DNA of 64,000 nt from Hormiphora californensis. Its lineage: Eukaryota > Animalia > Ctenophora. Position numbers and translations under genes: made by a program. This document shows positions 8,101 to 18,587 of this stretch, piece after piece (position 1 is the first letter of the stretch; each line of letters begins with the position of its first letter). Where the stretch lies: positions 6,944,001 to 7,008,000 of the forward strand of contig CM035357.1 in assembly GCA_020137815.1 (NCBI GenBank). Reading direction: 5' to 3'. The notes under the pieces are model-generated. The model had not been told where the DNA came from and made no database searches. It saw only the letters and a list, made by a program, of their open reading frames with translations.

Positions 8101-10591
8101 TACGGGGATGTTCTTGCCTACTTCAACATCAAACAAACACACGGCACTGCTTATATGTGTGCAAGTACAGCGAAAGTGGAACGTGCTAACCGGAGAATAA
8201 ACTCAGGACTACGTCTCACACTCACGGACAAGCAAATCAAGGATTGGGACCTATACCTGAACTTTGTGTGCTTTGCCCTCAACGGTTTGAAGTCAAGACA
8301 TACTGGTTTCTCCCCATCCTTCCTTGTGTATGGAAGACGCCTAAACTGTCCGCTTGATCTACAGATTGATGGAGAGAATGTTGAGCTAAATCATGCCTCT
8401 AAGAGAAATCCAACTGCATATTCTTTGTTCCGGACGACTCGAGAGATAATGAACAAAGCCAGACGACATGCAGAGCTCGACTTCCAGTACGCAGACAACC
8501 AGTACAACAAAAACCTGAATGGACCGTTCATGGAGAAAGGTGACTGGACATTCTGCCTGATCCCGTGCCCTGCCCACAAATTTAGTAAGAGGTGGCAAGG
8601 ACCTTACCTGATAAAGAAGAAGATTGACGACCACTTGTACATTGTGGAGCTCGAGAACGGGGAAGAAAAGCTAGTGAATATCAGCAAGCTCAAGAAGTAC
8701 ACGCGGAGCAGATTCTCACCCGGTTACAATGCCACACCGCAGACCCAGGTCACACACGAAACAAGCGACAGCAGATCAATGGAAGCAGACACTGAACCGG
8801 AGCCAGCAAGGCAGACAGTGGAGGTCGAGATAGAACCTACCACAGCACGACATGAGAGCGGTAACACGAGTAGTATCCCGGATCCAACTCACACACAAGA
8901 GGTGATCCAGGAACCAGATGTGACAGAGAACGAAGATACTACCCAGGAAACAGATCGAGAGGAGATTGAGGTAGTTGAAGCATTGCACCCACCGGACCCT
9001 GATCCTGTGAGTGCTCCCACTGTGAGAAAGTCCCCTAGAGTACGGACGGTACCAGACCGATTAGTGGTCGGAATGATCCGAGCGGTGAGATGGGCCGATC
9101 GAGTGTCACGCCAGAGATAGTGAGGAAGTTAACACTCACCGACCTTGCACTGGGGAAGCATGTCGTTAAACTGCAAGCCTCAGCACCTTGATCAAGACCC
9201 ACACCGAGATACAGTCACGAGTTCAGCTACACGGCAAGCTGAGTGATTTCGGAATAAGTCAGCACACGATGAAGTGAAGTCTAGCCCTCAGTGTTGTGAT
9301 GGATTGTCACACACATGACACAGTGGATAACTGCAGCTCCAGACACTGGGCGGACCTCCAGACGGTAAGAATGTGATGGATTGTCACATCGTGTGTAATT
9401 TGAATTGTGAGAAGAACTGTGATGGACTGTCACAGATGTACGATTGAAGTTTTCAGTTAGCTATGATGGATTGTCATAGTCGGAGTTTTGAGGAACCAGG
9501 CAAGTGATGCAATGATACGAAGAATGATGCTGTGATGGACGATCACAACAGGGTAACCGGACTGTGAATGTGATGGACTGTCACTGATCAGTAATTTTCT
9601 AACTACCCCACAATGAAGCCAGACCTAACGCACCATGGGATCTGATGAGTTTGTCAACTCACATTTTGTGAGGGAGGAGATTGGGGACCTAATCAGCGAC
9701 AGACGAGGAAACGACGAGAGCAGGAGTACGATCATCGGACGAAAGGTGACGAGATTTAAGCTAGAGTGAGAGCAAAGACTCCTATATTAATGAGTGTGAT
9801 TTAAGTATTACATGACTGTTTAGTTTCATCTATATTTTGATTCGGGATTATTGGGAGTGTGTAGATCTATCTTTCTTCTGAGTGTCACAGATGATTTTCA
9901 GAGATGTTTGATTTATGTTCCAGCCGCTTCCTTACATTAGTTATTGACGTGAAAGTGTGACAGGAAAATTATCATATTTTTAAATATTATTATTTTCCAT
10001 TTTTGAAGGGGGTGAGATGTTGTACTAGAGTTATTAGTGTGTGTCACCCATTTTGGCGGGAGTAACTGGAGATGGTTTCAATCTTTCTTGAGCCATCACG
10101 TGACTCCCCCCAAACCGGGTTAGGCTTCGTGCTACTCTAGGGCTGACTCCGAGAGATTAGTTTATCTCTCCCGGCTTTGAGGAAGCCCTCTTTAGACACC
10201 TCTTTAGACCCGCCTTTTAGAGTTTAGATTATTTACCAGTGTTATCACGTGACCGTGAGTCACGATCACGCAGTGTGTTTCGAGCGGTATATTAGAGAGT
10301 TGACTTGGTTCGATATTCACTCTTCAGAGACTCCTCAGAGAATTCTATATTACCCTTCTACTTTCCCAAAAACAACCAACGTCTATCGATTTGTCTTTAC
10401 TATAGACCTACCTCTCTCAGTACTATTTCTTTACTCTTTGCCTTCCTTCTCTTGTCCAGGAATATCTGCTTGAGAGCGTATGATTTGTGATCTCGTTTTG
10501 ATTTGCAGAGAAACACACTCCCAGCACTTCCCTTCCCGATATTCTGCATGACGTGGTATTTCCTGTCCACATCAAAAGATGGGTACGCCAT
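2114..10591 (-). CDS. NEK/NIMA-family Ser/Thr kinase, first three coding exons (10591-10412, 3340-3248, 2200-2114); further exons not found in the window
   Basis: The exons splice in phase 0 with GT-AG ends: MAYPSFDVDRKYHVMQNIGKGSAGSVFLCKSKRDHKSYALKQI...VLRE / VQILQKLDHPHIVHYHESFFDRKQDNLFIIQ / DFCSRGSLHEQVKSNRQKGSHIPERQVME. This contains the Gly-rich loop, catalytic Lys, alphaC Glu and the NEK-typical HPHIVxYxESF. Confidence 0.85.
2904..3075. mobile_element. Tc1/mariner(pogo)-type MITE with TIR CAGTCGGACCCCGATTTA
   Basis: TA-CAGTCGGACCCCGATTTA...TAAATCGGGGTCCGACTG-TA, with internal TAAATCGGGG repeats. Related copies at 43173, 53545 and 59863. Confidence 0.85.
3462..3674. repeat. Tandem duplication of about 108 bp in the NEK intron
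   Basis: AAAATACTCATGTCAGATG...GAACAACGG occurs twice, nearly identical. Confidence 0.85.
3810..4196 (+). repeat. 5' LTR (TGT...TATA)
   Basis: Direct repeat of 10018-10404. Confidence 0.95.
4199..4215 (+). promoter_or_regulatory. Primer-binding site copy 1 (tRNA-Leu-like), TGGTGGCTTCGGTGGGA
   Basis: Starts with TGG 2 nt after the LTR; complementary to ...UCCCACCGAAGCCACCA, resembling the Leu tRNA 3' end UCCCACCGCUGCCACCA. Confidence 0.7.
4215..4435 (+). repeat. Extra partial LTR (221 bp, copy of 3976-4196), followed by a second PBS TGGTAGCTTCGGT (4438-4450)
   Basis: Direct repeat of the 3' part of the LTR. Confidence 0.92.
4528..4911 (+). repeat. 56-bp tandem repeat in the retrotransposon 5' UTR (5 full units plus degenerate copies)
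   Basis: Units start at 4528, 4584, 4640, 4696, 4752 and 4808; each contains the hairpin AAGAGAGTT-GGAYT-GACCTCTT. Confidence 0.92.
4943..5863 (+). CDS. gag: Gag with CCHC zinc knuckle
   Basis: 306-aa ORF containing CWNCDREGHLARHC and a LKQEPEEDIDSFASRI major-homology-like motif. Confidence 0.92.
   Translation: MSGEQGATAVTENKEATLDTVVKQIKTVRLVDPKEYKHGNNFSQWCSRFKRDLKIGRIDKSTAIETFLNSLDDRTAERLEPVADKMTEEEKQDPEIFIGRFEQTMYPQSEIRSLRQQLTNGSLKQEPEEDIDSFASRIRNISHRAYADTTSRAEPSLNALLNGMHDDLYERIISSTEAQQDFESAVTTAMTYEKMRRLREPARVLKVTQSQDGHDNRDRRNSDQNERWNNRRDGNSGSFQNRGSFQNRGNFQNRGPRREQNWRETRTCWNCDREGHLARHCRNYNPNRPLNSSRAGRNGERSGPSQ
5782..9120 (+). CDS. pol: Pol: aspartic protease, truncated RT and integrase; in-frame internal deletion near 7180
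   Basis: LIDSGS protease motif; RT N-half (FRLVADFRPLN, MDLSKSFWQV, TTF) ends at YMFLR with no YxDD motif or RNase H; integrase HH-HPG-CxxC zinc finger, IDH/SDND/VER triad and KRWQGPY. Confidence 0.92.
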   Translation: MPELQPQQAFKLQPGRSKRRKIRPKSVNNVRRGDKGLVTVRGEVEDCECVYLIDSGSQGTLVSLSLVKELKLEHKIRRTQLGLFTLTNQRIKTVGEVELKLTIAGTCVPHTCIVLVEPMEIDILLGVDFLGQHGLSIHFESQTVESACGATPFSKPPRMIPKTTRVRVSKTVVIPPHTVMFVCGSVEVKEKGVYSGCLEPYRNTEVGLDILTATALVHTDKQRQVPIRVLNPTEKNVTLHKRKLIGLMSPTEKKPGQLKDIQVRQVRTAPQQIQEPVGEKDWSRDRLFRELKVDDIDISPDEKESLKNILWVHRNTFSRHEFDLGTCNFFQAEINLKKDAVPQYVTPIPVPYKRREVMTEHLREMECAGVIEETRVKTMWNSRVFLVAKPRQPGKFRLVADFRPLNAQCLPDNYTLPNVNHVADKLKGAKWFTTMDLSKSFWQVNYTPESSKLTTFAANGRTYMFLRGVGSGVGSDTETTWTSEKESSDTPAKLDLNTVRTSPSCVCNVEVIPETEPIVVSTVTVTPSTVTQQLDIPNLIDLDRVKEAQKEDVVLREVRRWVEEDTRPKDLQKLRLPGDLVRYWRHFNLLTVRDDVLCRKWIRHDKKKNEIEIERFLVLVPESLRESVMQNHHSSLVNCHPGVDGTYQSIIRQYYWPQMRFEVDLFVKSCITCGLTKPPPKYLRAPLQHVIATEFNQILVIDHIVPQKEGTTPRRNRYILTMVDAFTGFSVAVACKTRSSEETIRHIMHSWCLKFGYPREIISDNDGSFSSSLYGDVLAYFNIKQTHGTAYMCASTAKVERANRRINSGLRLTLTDKQIKDWDLYLNFVCFALNGLKSRHTGFSPSFLVYGRRLNCPLDLQIDGENVELNHASKRNPTAYSLFRTTREIMNKARRHAELDFQYADNQYNKNLNGPFMEKGDWTFCLIPCPAHKFSKRWQGPYLIKKKIDDHLYIVELENGEEKLVNISKLKKYTRSRFSPGYNATPQTQVTHETSDSRSMEADTEPEPARQTVEVEIEPTTARHESGNTSSIPDPTHTQEVIQEPDVTENEDTTQETDREEIEVVEALHPPDPDPVSAPTVRKSPRVRTVPDRLVVGMIRAVRWADRVSRQR
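5809..5853 (+). promoter_or_regulatory. -1 programmed ribosomal frameshift signal
   Basis: T TTA AAC slippery heptamer in the gag frame (5809-5815), then stem GGGCCGG (5823-5829)/CCGGCCC (5847-5853); pol is in the -1 frame. Confidence 0.8.
9295..9584 (+). repeat. Six dispersed hairpin motifs of about 17 nt (TGTGAT-GGAYT-GTCACA) in the 3' UTR
   Basis: Copies at 9295, 9372, 9418, 9462, 9531 and 9569, separated by unique 21-60 nt spacers. Confidence 0.85.
10018..10404 (+). repeat. 3' LTR
   Basis: Direct repeat of 3810-4196, preceded by the polypurine tract. Confidence 0.95.
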
Positions 10592-10592
10592 C

Positions 10593-10795
10593 CTGGGGGC
10601 TACAAAGGAAGGGTGACTGTTGAAATGGTAGCCATGGTAACTGGGGGCTACAAAGGAAAGGTGACTGTTGAGATGGTAGCCATGGTAACTGGGGGGGGGG
10701 GTACAAAGGAAGGGTAACTGTTGAGATGGAAGGGTAATTGTTGAAATGGTAACCATGGTAACTGGGGTGGGGTGGGGCTACAAAGGAAGGGTAAC
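10593..10795. repeat. Minisatellite of about 48 bp, immediately upstream of the NEK start exon
   Basis: CTGGGGGCTACAAAGGAAGGGTGACTGTTGARATGGTAGCCATGGTAA, about 4 copies. Confidence 0.8.
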
Positions 10796-11037
10796 AGTAC
10801 TATCATAACAGTACTTTTATGGAAATTTTGTTGCTAGTGGTTAGGGAATCTAGTGGCCAGAAAAATGTTTTCAGGTTCGTGTGCATATAATTTGTGACGT
10901 AATGGAGGGGAAACTGTTTAGAGGGGGCAGACTATATATTGAATTGGATTTTTACTTGACGTTAGTGGAAGGTCTAGCTAGAGACTAATTAAAGCTCCCA
11001 ATATTTTCCAGATGACAGAAGTTGACTGGAGAGAGGG

Positions 11038-11078
<41 letters not shown>

Positions 11079-11974
11079 CAATTTATGACTTTGACAGGTT
11101 CCTTGACATCTTCATTATAAGTTGTCCTACAGCTGGTACCTGATCATCAATATATGACTCATGATATCATAGTGACCTTATTAATTGTTTTTTTTCGACC
11201 TTCGTTTTTTTCACTCTTGATGACTACTACAGCTGCTGTAGTGATTGGATAACTCCGTAACATCCAATCACTGCTCAGCCCAATTATGGAGCCCTGCAAT
11301 ATGCTTACCTAACTTGACCCCCTTTTTGCGAGCCTCTTTACAAATGTAAAGGAGCTGGTTAGAACATAACAACAATATGCAATATACTAATTAATATTCT
11401 TGTTCAATAGTTCTATCTTATCGAGTAATATAGGGGTATAAACCCTCAACAAGTTCTAGAAAATTCTGTATTACCCTGTAGTTTGCTGATCTCTGTAATG
11501 CTCTGACAGGTTCTTGAGTAACAACTGACAGGCTGATCTGCAGTTCTTACAAATCCAGTAGTTGCTAACTTGCAATATTACGTCAATTGGAATGTACTAT
11601 AAGGTGCACCTCCTGTCCGCTGATGCAGCAGATCAAAGAATCGCTAATATATTATATATTATATATAATTATAATATGTACAAAGATATTCTCTTGATAA
11701 AAACTCTCCCTAGTCATTTCAGGCGTTGGTATGGCAATTATTATTATTGGAGGGGCGACAATGCGACATCTACATTCTTGAAAATTGGCTCTTTTTTTGC
11801 TAATTTAACTTGTTATTTGCCCTTTATTCCCTAGCCGCATGTTATTGATTTATAAAATTTGAAGTTATTTGTTACTTTTTAGATTTATTTCTTGTTCACA
11901 TCTCATTTCTGATTATTTGAGATTTTATTTACAACTCTAACCAAGATTGTTTCTCCTGTTATAGCAGCAACACA

Positions 11975-13678
11975 ATGAGTCCAGGAGCAATTGGTGCAAG
12001 TGGAATGTACGACTATACCATCGGAACTGTCCTCATCCTCATAAACATTGTCGGGTAAGTTGAATCAAGCTACGAGCTAATCGTGATGATCTTCAGACAT
12101 TATACAACCACTAGGATGCTCCAAAAAGTTCGAGAACACTCATGTAGACATGATGTCATGATGTAATCAGTAAATCAGGGAATGTCCTTCATTTTCTGAG
12201 ATGGTTACTAAATAATAGCCTGTGCGTAATGGCTATAAATTTCTAGCTACCGTAGCTATATATAGTACCATTATTATAGCCTCCCTAAAACCTTGGCACT
12301 AAGTCAGAATTCTAACTAAATCTCTTCTCCAAAAATGACTAACTGTCATTTCTCTCACAGGGTGATAGCAAACATCAAAGTGCTGGTCCAACTTTGGGTG
12401 ATGTACAGGAAGACCCACTCGGTAACCTATTTCCTATACATAAACCTGGCCATCGCAGATCTGGTAAACTGTCTGATACCATCCACCGTCAGCACTCTCG
12501 GATTCTTTACTGATCGAGACATCAGCTACTTCAACCAGACCGCCCTGGACATCTTCGGGTGGATGTTATGCACCCTGCCCATTGCCTCCCTCTACATCAT
12601 CTGTGTTATCTACATGGGCCGTGTTTGGGCCATTTACAAATCCATTTCCTACCGATACCATTTCACCTTGGTGAAGGTAGCCCTTGTAATGGGAGGATTC
12701 TGGATACTGTCCGCCATCTACTCCTCCATCCCCTTCCTATGCAACAAGCATTACATCTACGTGAAGGAAATCTCAATGATTACATTTTACACTGATAAGG
12801 GCTTCCTGAATATCACCCAAGTTGAGCAGAATCTCATCACCATGACGACCGTGTTGGTTATTGATCTGCCTCTGTTTGTGGTGAGCCTCTGCAGCATTGT
12901 CTCTATCTGGGTGTTGCAACGACGTGCAGAACCTCTAACAGGTAATATATACATCAGATGCGAATTGCTTCATTTAGTTTTAGTTGTTCCTTCTTCGACG
13001 TCAATTGACAAAAAGTTGACACATATTGTGTGGCAACGTTTGCTGCTTATGTTGATAGTTGACCCCTCCTCTATTTAACCTAACCCCTCCTCTATTTAAC
13101 CTAACTCTGAGTTGTTTTTCAGCAATGGGAGGATCACGTCACGATCCTTCAGCATCACGACAATACTGCACCAGTCCACTTAGAGGTACCAATCATTGCT
13201 CTTATTTTAATAGAGATACAGTTAACCATCTCACTTTAACCAATCTGTCAAGATTGACATCAATCATTTACCAAGCCAATCTCTTGTTACTACCCGAATG
13301 CTTCCCATTATTTACCTGCCGTCATTTCTTATATAATAGCTCTCCCCCCCCCCCTCAGTTCCGAGTGTCCTACTAGCGTCCAAGACTGGTCGGGACGTTG
13401 CAACTTACACGATAATAAAACTCCTGGGCTGTTTCCTTGTTTGTTACCTCCCGGGTGGGATTATGAGGATCATATTCCTTGTTAACTCATTTGAGCCGGG
13501 TCTCCTGGGTAACATTCTACCATCCTCACCCCAGGGGAGGGAGAGATTCTTTTATGTTTATATTTTAATTAATTTGGTTCTCATATCCCTGAATTCTATG
13601 CTCAATCCGTTTATGTTAATACCGAACACTAACCAAAAGGGTCGGAGAAGCAATAAGATTGTTGAGTCACAGAAATAA
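11975..13678 (+). CDS. Rhodopsin-class (family A) GPCR; exons 11975-12054, 12361-12941, 13359-13678
   Basis: Phases are consistent across GT-AG introns. TM1 GVIAN, TM2 NLAIADL, TM3 MGRVWAI, TM4 Trp, TM6 FLVCYLP, TM7 NSMLNPF. Confidence 0.85.
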
Positions 13679-15432
13679 CAGATTTTAAAATTATGGTGAA
13701 AACTTTTATTTAGATGAGTAGATTGAGTATCATTTGCAAAATTGATTTTTGTTGATTTTTTTTTGTTGACTTGTGTTGTGTATTTGTTGCTTTTAAAGTT
13801 GCCATTTAAGACTAAAACTACTATTTTGTGTTTAAAAGACAGGTTCACTGACCAAATTCGATAAACAAGGTTGGCTTGATCATACATTTGACATTCTATT
13901 CCATAATTAACGAACATTTTCCAGTTTACATGCCACATCCTCCAATACCTTACTTCTGAAACATTGAAAACCTGTCAGGCCAATGCTCTGACCACAGTTC
14001 TCGCGCGCTTATTTGAGAGAAGCGAGAATGGGTCAGGCCAATGCTCTGACAGTTGAAAACAGGAAGAAAATTGGCTGTTTTAATCATTTTGCGGGTTGGC
14101 TCCGGCTAGGAGGAAAAGTTGGCACATGCCACTGATAGGCCCCCATCACAGGTAGTGCGGACTGCGGGATAAGGCATAAGGCAGCACTTTCAAGCTCTTT
14201 CCAAAAACTTTTCCGGAAGAAGGGTTTAAAAAATAAAAAAAGAGAAAAAGCGAGCGATTTTATTTCGCGCCAGCTCAGCTTCAGCTCGTTTTTGGCCGTG
14301 CGCGCAGTTGTAGTTAATCCTAAAAATTTCGCGCGTTACGTCAAAACGCGCGAAGATGTTGGGAACGTTTGCTGCTGCAGATTTTCTGTCGAACCAAAAA
14401 CCACCATTGCATCACCCAAATCCAGTCACCTACGACCGATGTCTGATGGGATCGCGTACACCTATTCCTATCAGTACCATACTACCATGTCCGGCCGGCA
14501 ATTTCAGCCATGTATAAAATCTAATCATCATATCAAGCTTCATTATGATCAAAAATCCGTCATGGCAAGATTTCCTTGTGAATTTCCAAATTTGGCGATG
14601 GGTGAGTTACGGATCAGTTGATGATGAAGGCCGAGGGCGTTCATTGAAAGTACCATAACCATAAAGGCTAACCGGCTGACTGCTGAATGCTGGAGTCGTA
14701 GGCAGGTCTATTTGGCGATTTCGCAAACGTCCAGACGTCTTCTAAGCTAGACGGGTTCCCGCATGTATGAGGGAATCCGTCTAGAAGACGTCTGGACGAT
14801 TTGCCCTAGTCCCTAGAAGACGTCTGGACGTTTAAGATGAAGTCAAACGGCATCGAGACGTGTTTACTTTCAGAAGTTCCGTCTGATTTCAGAAATTCCG
14901 TCTGATTTCCGTTTCGCCCAACTCTGTCTCATGTCGCCCAACCTGTCCAAACTCGCGAAAACGAAGTTGCCGGTCTATTTTGGTTCGTTAATTTATTTTC
15001 TGATGACCAGAAAGATCAATTTACTGTAACAGCCTACTTGTTCGTTACCTAGCTCGACCCCCTTTTCGCGAGGAGGGTTAGAAAATAACAACTTGTTCGA
15101 AGCAAGAAAAAATTTGTAAAATGATAAAACTAGGGTAAAATTCAAATCGTACGATAAAATCAGGCAGCCTTCACTCTCGGCCTCCTTGCACACCGCGGGG
15201 TAATTAAAACTAAAATAGATGCATCGCCTGCGACCTTCATGTACCTACCTTCTGCGAGAAAAGGTACCGTGATCTTTGATCATGATGGTGAAATACATAG
15301 CATCTATAATAATTCTATCTTTATGAAAAACTAGAACAATCATTTCAGCATATGAACAGTTAGACATATCGAAGTGTTTTTAAGTTAACCAAGGTCCTCG
15401 ACTTGACTGAGATTCTTTCGGTCAGTAGGTAA

Positions 15433-16500
15433 TTAAAGTCTGGATGACACTCTAGATGACACTCCGGATGACACTTTATCAACTGCTCTTTTGGGGTAAC
15501 CGTGTTCAGCTGCAGTAGTCCGAGCGGTAACTCTGCCTTCTCCTCCCTGACTTTCTGAGTCTCTGGTCCGACCGCAGACTCTCGTTATCATCTCAGATAT
15601 GAACTGACGCATTTTCTCGATCCTAGCGATGTAAATCACCACATTGACAACCGAATTTAGGGGCATCGAGTAGTTCCATGCGAATCTGTTTAACGCTAGG
15701 AAGAAAGTTGGTAAAATATCCATCATCAATAAAATACAAAAGAAATACCACGTGAAAGGGGGTGTTGATTAAGAACGCATGCCACCGTCAGATAGATTAT
15801 CGTGATGGTGGCGCTCCTTTTATAGCTTGGATCTGCGTTACCACGGGTCCGCCGGAGTGACAAGCAAGATACAATTGCACTTCCTATTGTTAGGACTCCT
15901 GGAGTGGCATAACACACAGCATAATGAATGTAGACAGCAAGTTTTTCAAACTGAACTGGAATTATCTGTCGATAGTAGGTAGAGCAAGCCCTGTATATAT
16001 TGCTTGTACTTAAACTGTTCACCGGCTGCGAAGAAAACACAAGGAATGCCGATTTGAAATATGGCGTAACAGACCATCACCACTAAAATCAGTTCTCGTC
16101 GGATCATGAATAGCGGGTACTTGAGTGCAACAGCCCGGGTACAACTCATGACCGTGACAAGGAAGTAGGAAAGCTGAAAAGCGACCTGTAGTATCATCCC
16201 ATACACATTACATATCCATCCAATGTCCAGCAAACCTCCACTTGGAAAGTCAGAAAAAGATGATATTGCTGATAACACTGATATGAAACAAATCAGGGAG
16301 TCAAGGGAGGTTACCCAGAGGTAAATGAGGCGGGAGTTGCTCTTCTCACAGGCCAGGAGGTGATAGAGAAAACAGAGAAAGTTGAGGGGTGTTCCTACCA
16401 GAAAGATGGATGTATAAAATATGTTATCGAATCTGTCCATTTGTTTAGCTAGGTTGATGAGTGAATTTCCAGTAGTCGCTGCTGCTGCAGTTGCCATCAC
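15433..16500 (-). pseudogene. Intronless rhodopsin-class GPCR split by two frameshifts (pseudogene or consensus errors)
   Basis: Three overlapping ORFs cover TM1-4 (GTPLN, SLDSLIC, SCTRAVALKYP), TM5-6 (KRSATITIIYLT) and TM7 (LNSVVNVVIY). Confidence 0.75.
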
Positions 16501-17885
16501 ACCGTCTAAATGGTGAGAAATTATTTGGGATTAAATTTCTCATAACATCATAAAAATTTCGCTCTCTCTACACCAACCTCTCTTTGTCTCGCTGGCTCTT
16601 TCCCACGAGAACACTGCAAGTAATGGTCACAAACAGCATACTATGCGAGCTGCTATCGATCTTGGTGATCATAATCAAGTGATCGCTATAATATGGCGCG
16701 TTGTTATATTGCAATTGCAATCAGAAACTTTAGGAAAGCAAACAAAATCCACTATACGTTCTGGGACCCCTCCCATCATGCTCATAAACAACTTCCTTGG
16801 AAGTGGAACTCTCTTTATAAGATTTAATTAATCAATTGCATTGCTTCCACGTAGTTGATGCAGCACAGAACGTCAAAAAAACATATTCGAATTAATTTCT
16901 CCTGTGGTGGCCACAGCTCCATGATAAGCCACCGTGTTTTCTTGGTTAATATGATTGGCTGAAGAGGGTTTTACCAGAGCTGTGTTGACCTGAATGAATC
17001 TAATGAAGAAAATGAACCACGTAGCGGGACTGAAGCCTCATGAGGATGGTTCAGGGTGGCGTAACGAGGTCAGCTGCACTGAGGATTTTACTAAAAGTGT
17101 GCATTGATCCTGTTACCCCACCGTGAAGAGCCCCACCGTGTGTTCTTATAACGGGTTCAAAATCTACAAATTACAATAACTCAGTTTACCCTCTTAACTG
17201 GAATCTCCCTCATCAGAATCACTCTCTCACATGACTATTACTAATAGGATGAGAGCCAGAGAAAGTGCATGGGCTATTCTAATAGTATTAGAATAGCCCA
17301 TCTGGCCCTGATCCTCTCCTAGGTCGCTCCCCCTCTCTTTCCAATGTTCTCCTCTCAACCCTCCCCTCCTATCAGGAGCAACCTAAACTGATTTGATTGA
17401 AATGTTTTTCAGATGTGCTGCCTTGGATAGTAGTTGCAGCTGATAAATCTGATTGAATGCCTATTTATATCTGCAGATATATCCGTAGAAGCCTACCTCA
17501 GAACAACCTGAAACAGCCTTGAAGAAGAAGAACAACAGCAACAAAACCAATGACCGGTGAAACCACGGGATGTTCAATTTCGTCTCATGATAAAAGTTGA
17601 TATGGTCTGCAAAATAATATTTCAAGGTAAATTGGCTATTGGCTAACCAAGCTGCAATACATGCATGATTGAATCCAGTCGCCGATCGGGGGAATTATAG
17701 AGAGTGAATTACGCAGAATGAGAATAGAAAGACACACCTGTGAAATTCCTCTGTCTCGTACCACGTTTCCACTGAACCACACTAGCTAACATTTCATTTT
17801 GTTTTAAATACTACGTAAGAGGAGGAGTGCGGAACGATACTGGAGGAAGCATGGAACTGAGGAAGCGAAACGGAGATTCAATGAT

Positions 17886-18587
17886 TTGAAGAAGCTCTAT
17901 GGAAACATGGACAAGGAAAAGAGAGCAGCTTTTGTTAAAGAGGACTTGGATGCGGCAAAAGGGGACCCGAAGAAGCTACAAAGAAAGTTACAGAAACTCC
18001 TGGGAAAAGCGGAAACTATTCTTCCTGAGACTACCAACAACAAGAACCTGGCTGATGATTTTTCAAAGTTCTTTAGTTCAAAGGTGACCAAAATTCGGAC
18101 CCAAGTCAATGAGGAGCAGCAGCAGGCTGGCGATTTTGTGGAATCTGGAAAATCCTGTCATACAACATGGAATGAATTCAAAGAGATATCTGAGGAGGAA
18201 CTTGTTTCATTAGTGAAATCGATGTCCAGCAAGCACTGTGACCTGGACCCGTTGCCCACTTGGGTGGTAAAGGAGTGTATAAGTGATCTGGCTCCTGCAT
18301 TAACATCAATAGTCAATCAGTCTCTACATCAGTCTTCGGTCGCAGAATCTCTCCAGGAGGCACTTGTCTTTCCTACCATCAAGAATATGTATGGAGATCG
18401 TGAAGCTCTCAGCAACTATCGTCCTGTTTCGAACATCCCATTTCTGTCTAAGCTTCTTGAGAAGGTAGTTCTCACGCAACTCAATGACTACCTGGATCGC
18501 AACTCTCTTTTGGGCAAACATCAGTCTGGCTATCGTGTTGGTCACAGTTGTGAAACGCTATTGGCAAGCATGTTCGATGACATTCTA
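17886..18587 (+). pseudogene. LINE ORF2 (reverse transcriptase), part before the insertion
   Basis: Ends ...SMFDDIL at the MITE boundary. Confidence 0.85.

Larger units (their letters stand above)
3810..10404 (+). mobile_element. Ty3/Gypsy LTR retrotransposon, recent insertion, non-autonomous (RT C-terminus and RNase H deleted)
   Basis: 387-bp LTRs at 3810-4196 and 10018-10404 (I see one mismatch); 4-bp TSD GACC (3806-3809, 10405-10408); PBS after the 5' LTR; purine tract GAAGGGGGTGAGA before the 3' LTR; gag followed by PR-RT-IN order. Confidence 0.96.

Noticed and set aside
9295-9584. CRISPR array interpretation of the repeat-spacer pattern
   Set aside because: Repeats are only 17 nt, spacers are irregular (21-60 nt), there are no cas genes, and the context is a eukaryotic retrotransposon UTR. 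Kept as an RNA hairpin array instead.
9631-9750. Possible hammerhead ribozyme (CTGATGA GTTTGTC...GACAGAC)
   Set aside because: The putative stem II is followed by GAGG, not GAAA. The alternative GAAA at about 9741 lacks a proper stem III/UH cleavage site. An Infernal search would settle it.
9121-10017. Possible env-like third ORF
   Set aside because: The ORF track shows no ORF of 60 aa or more between pol and the 3' LTR.
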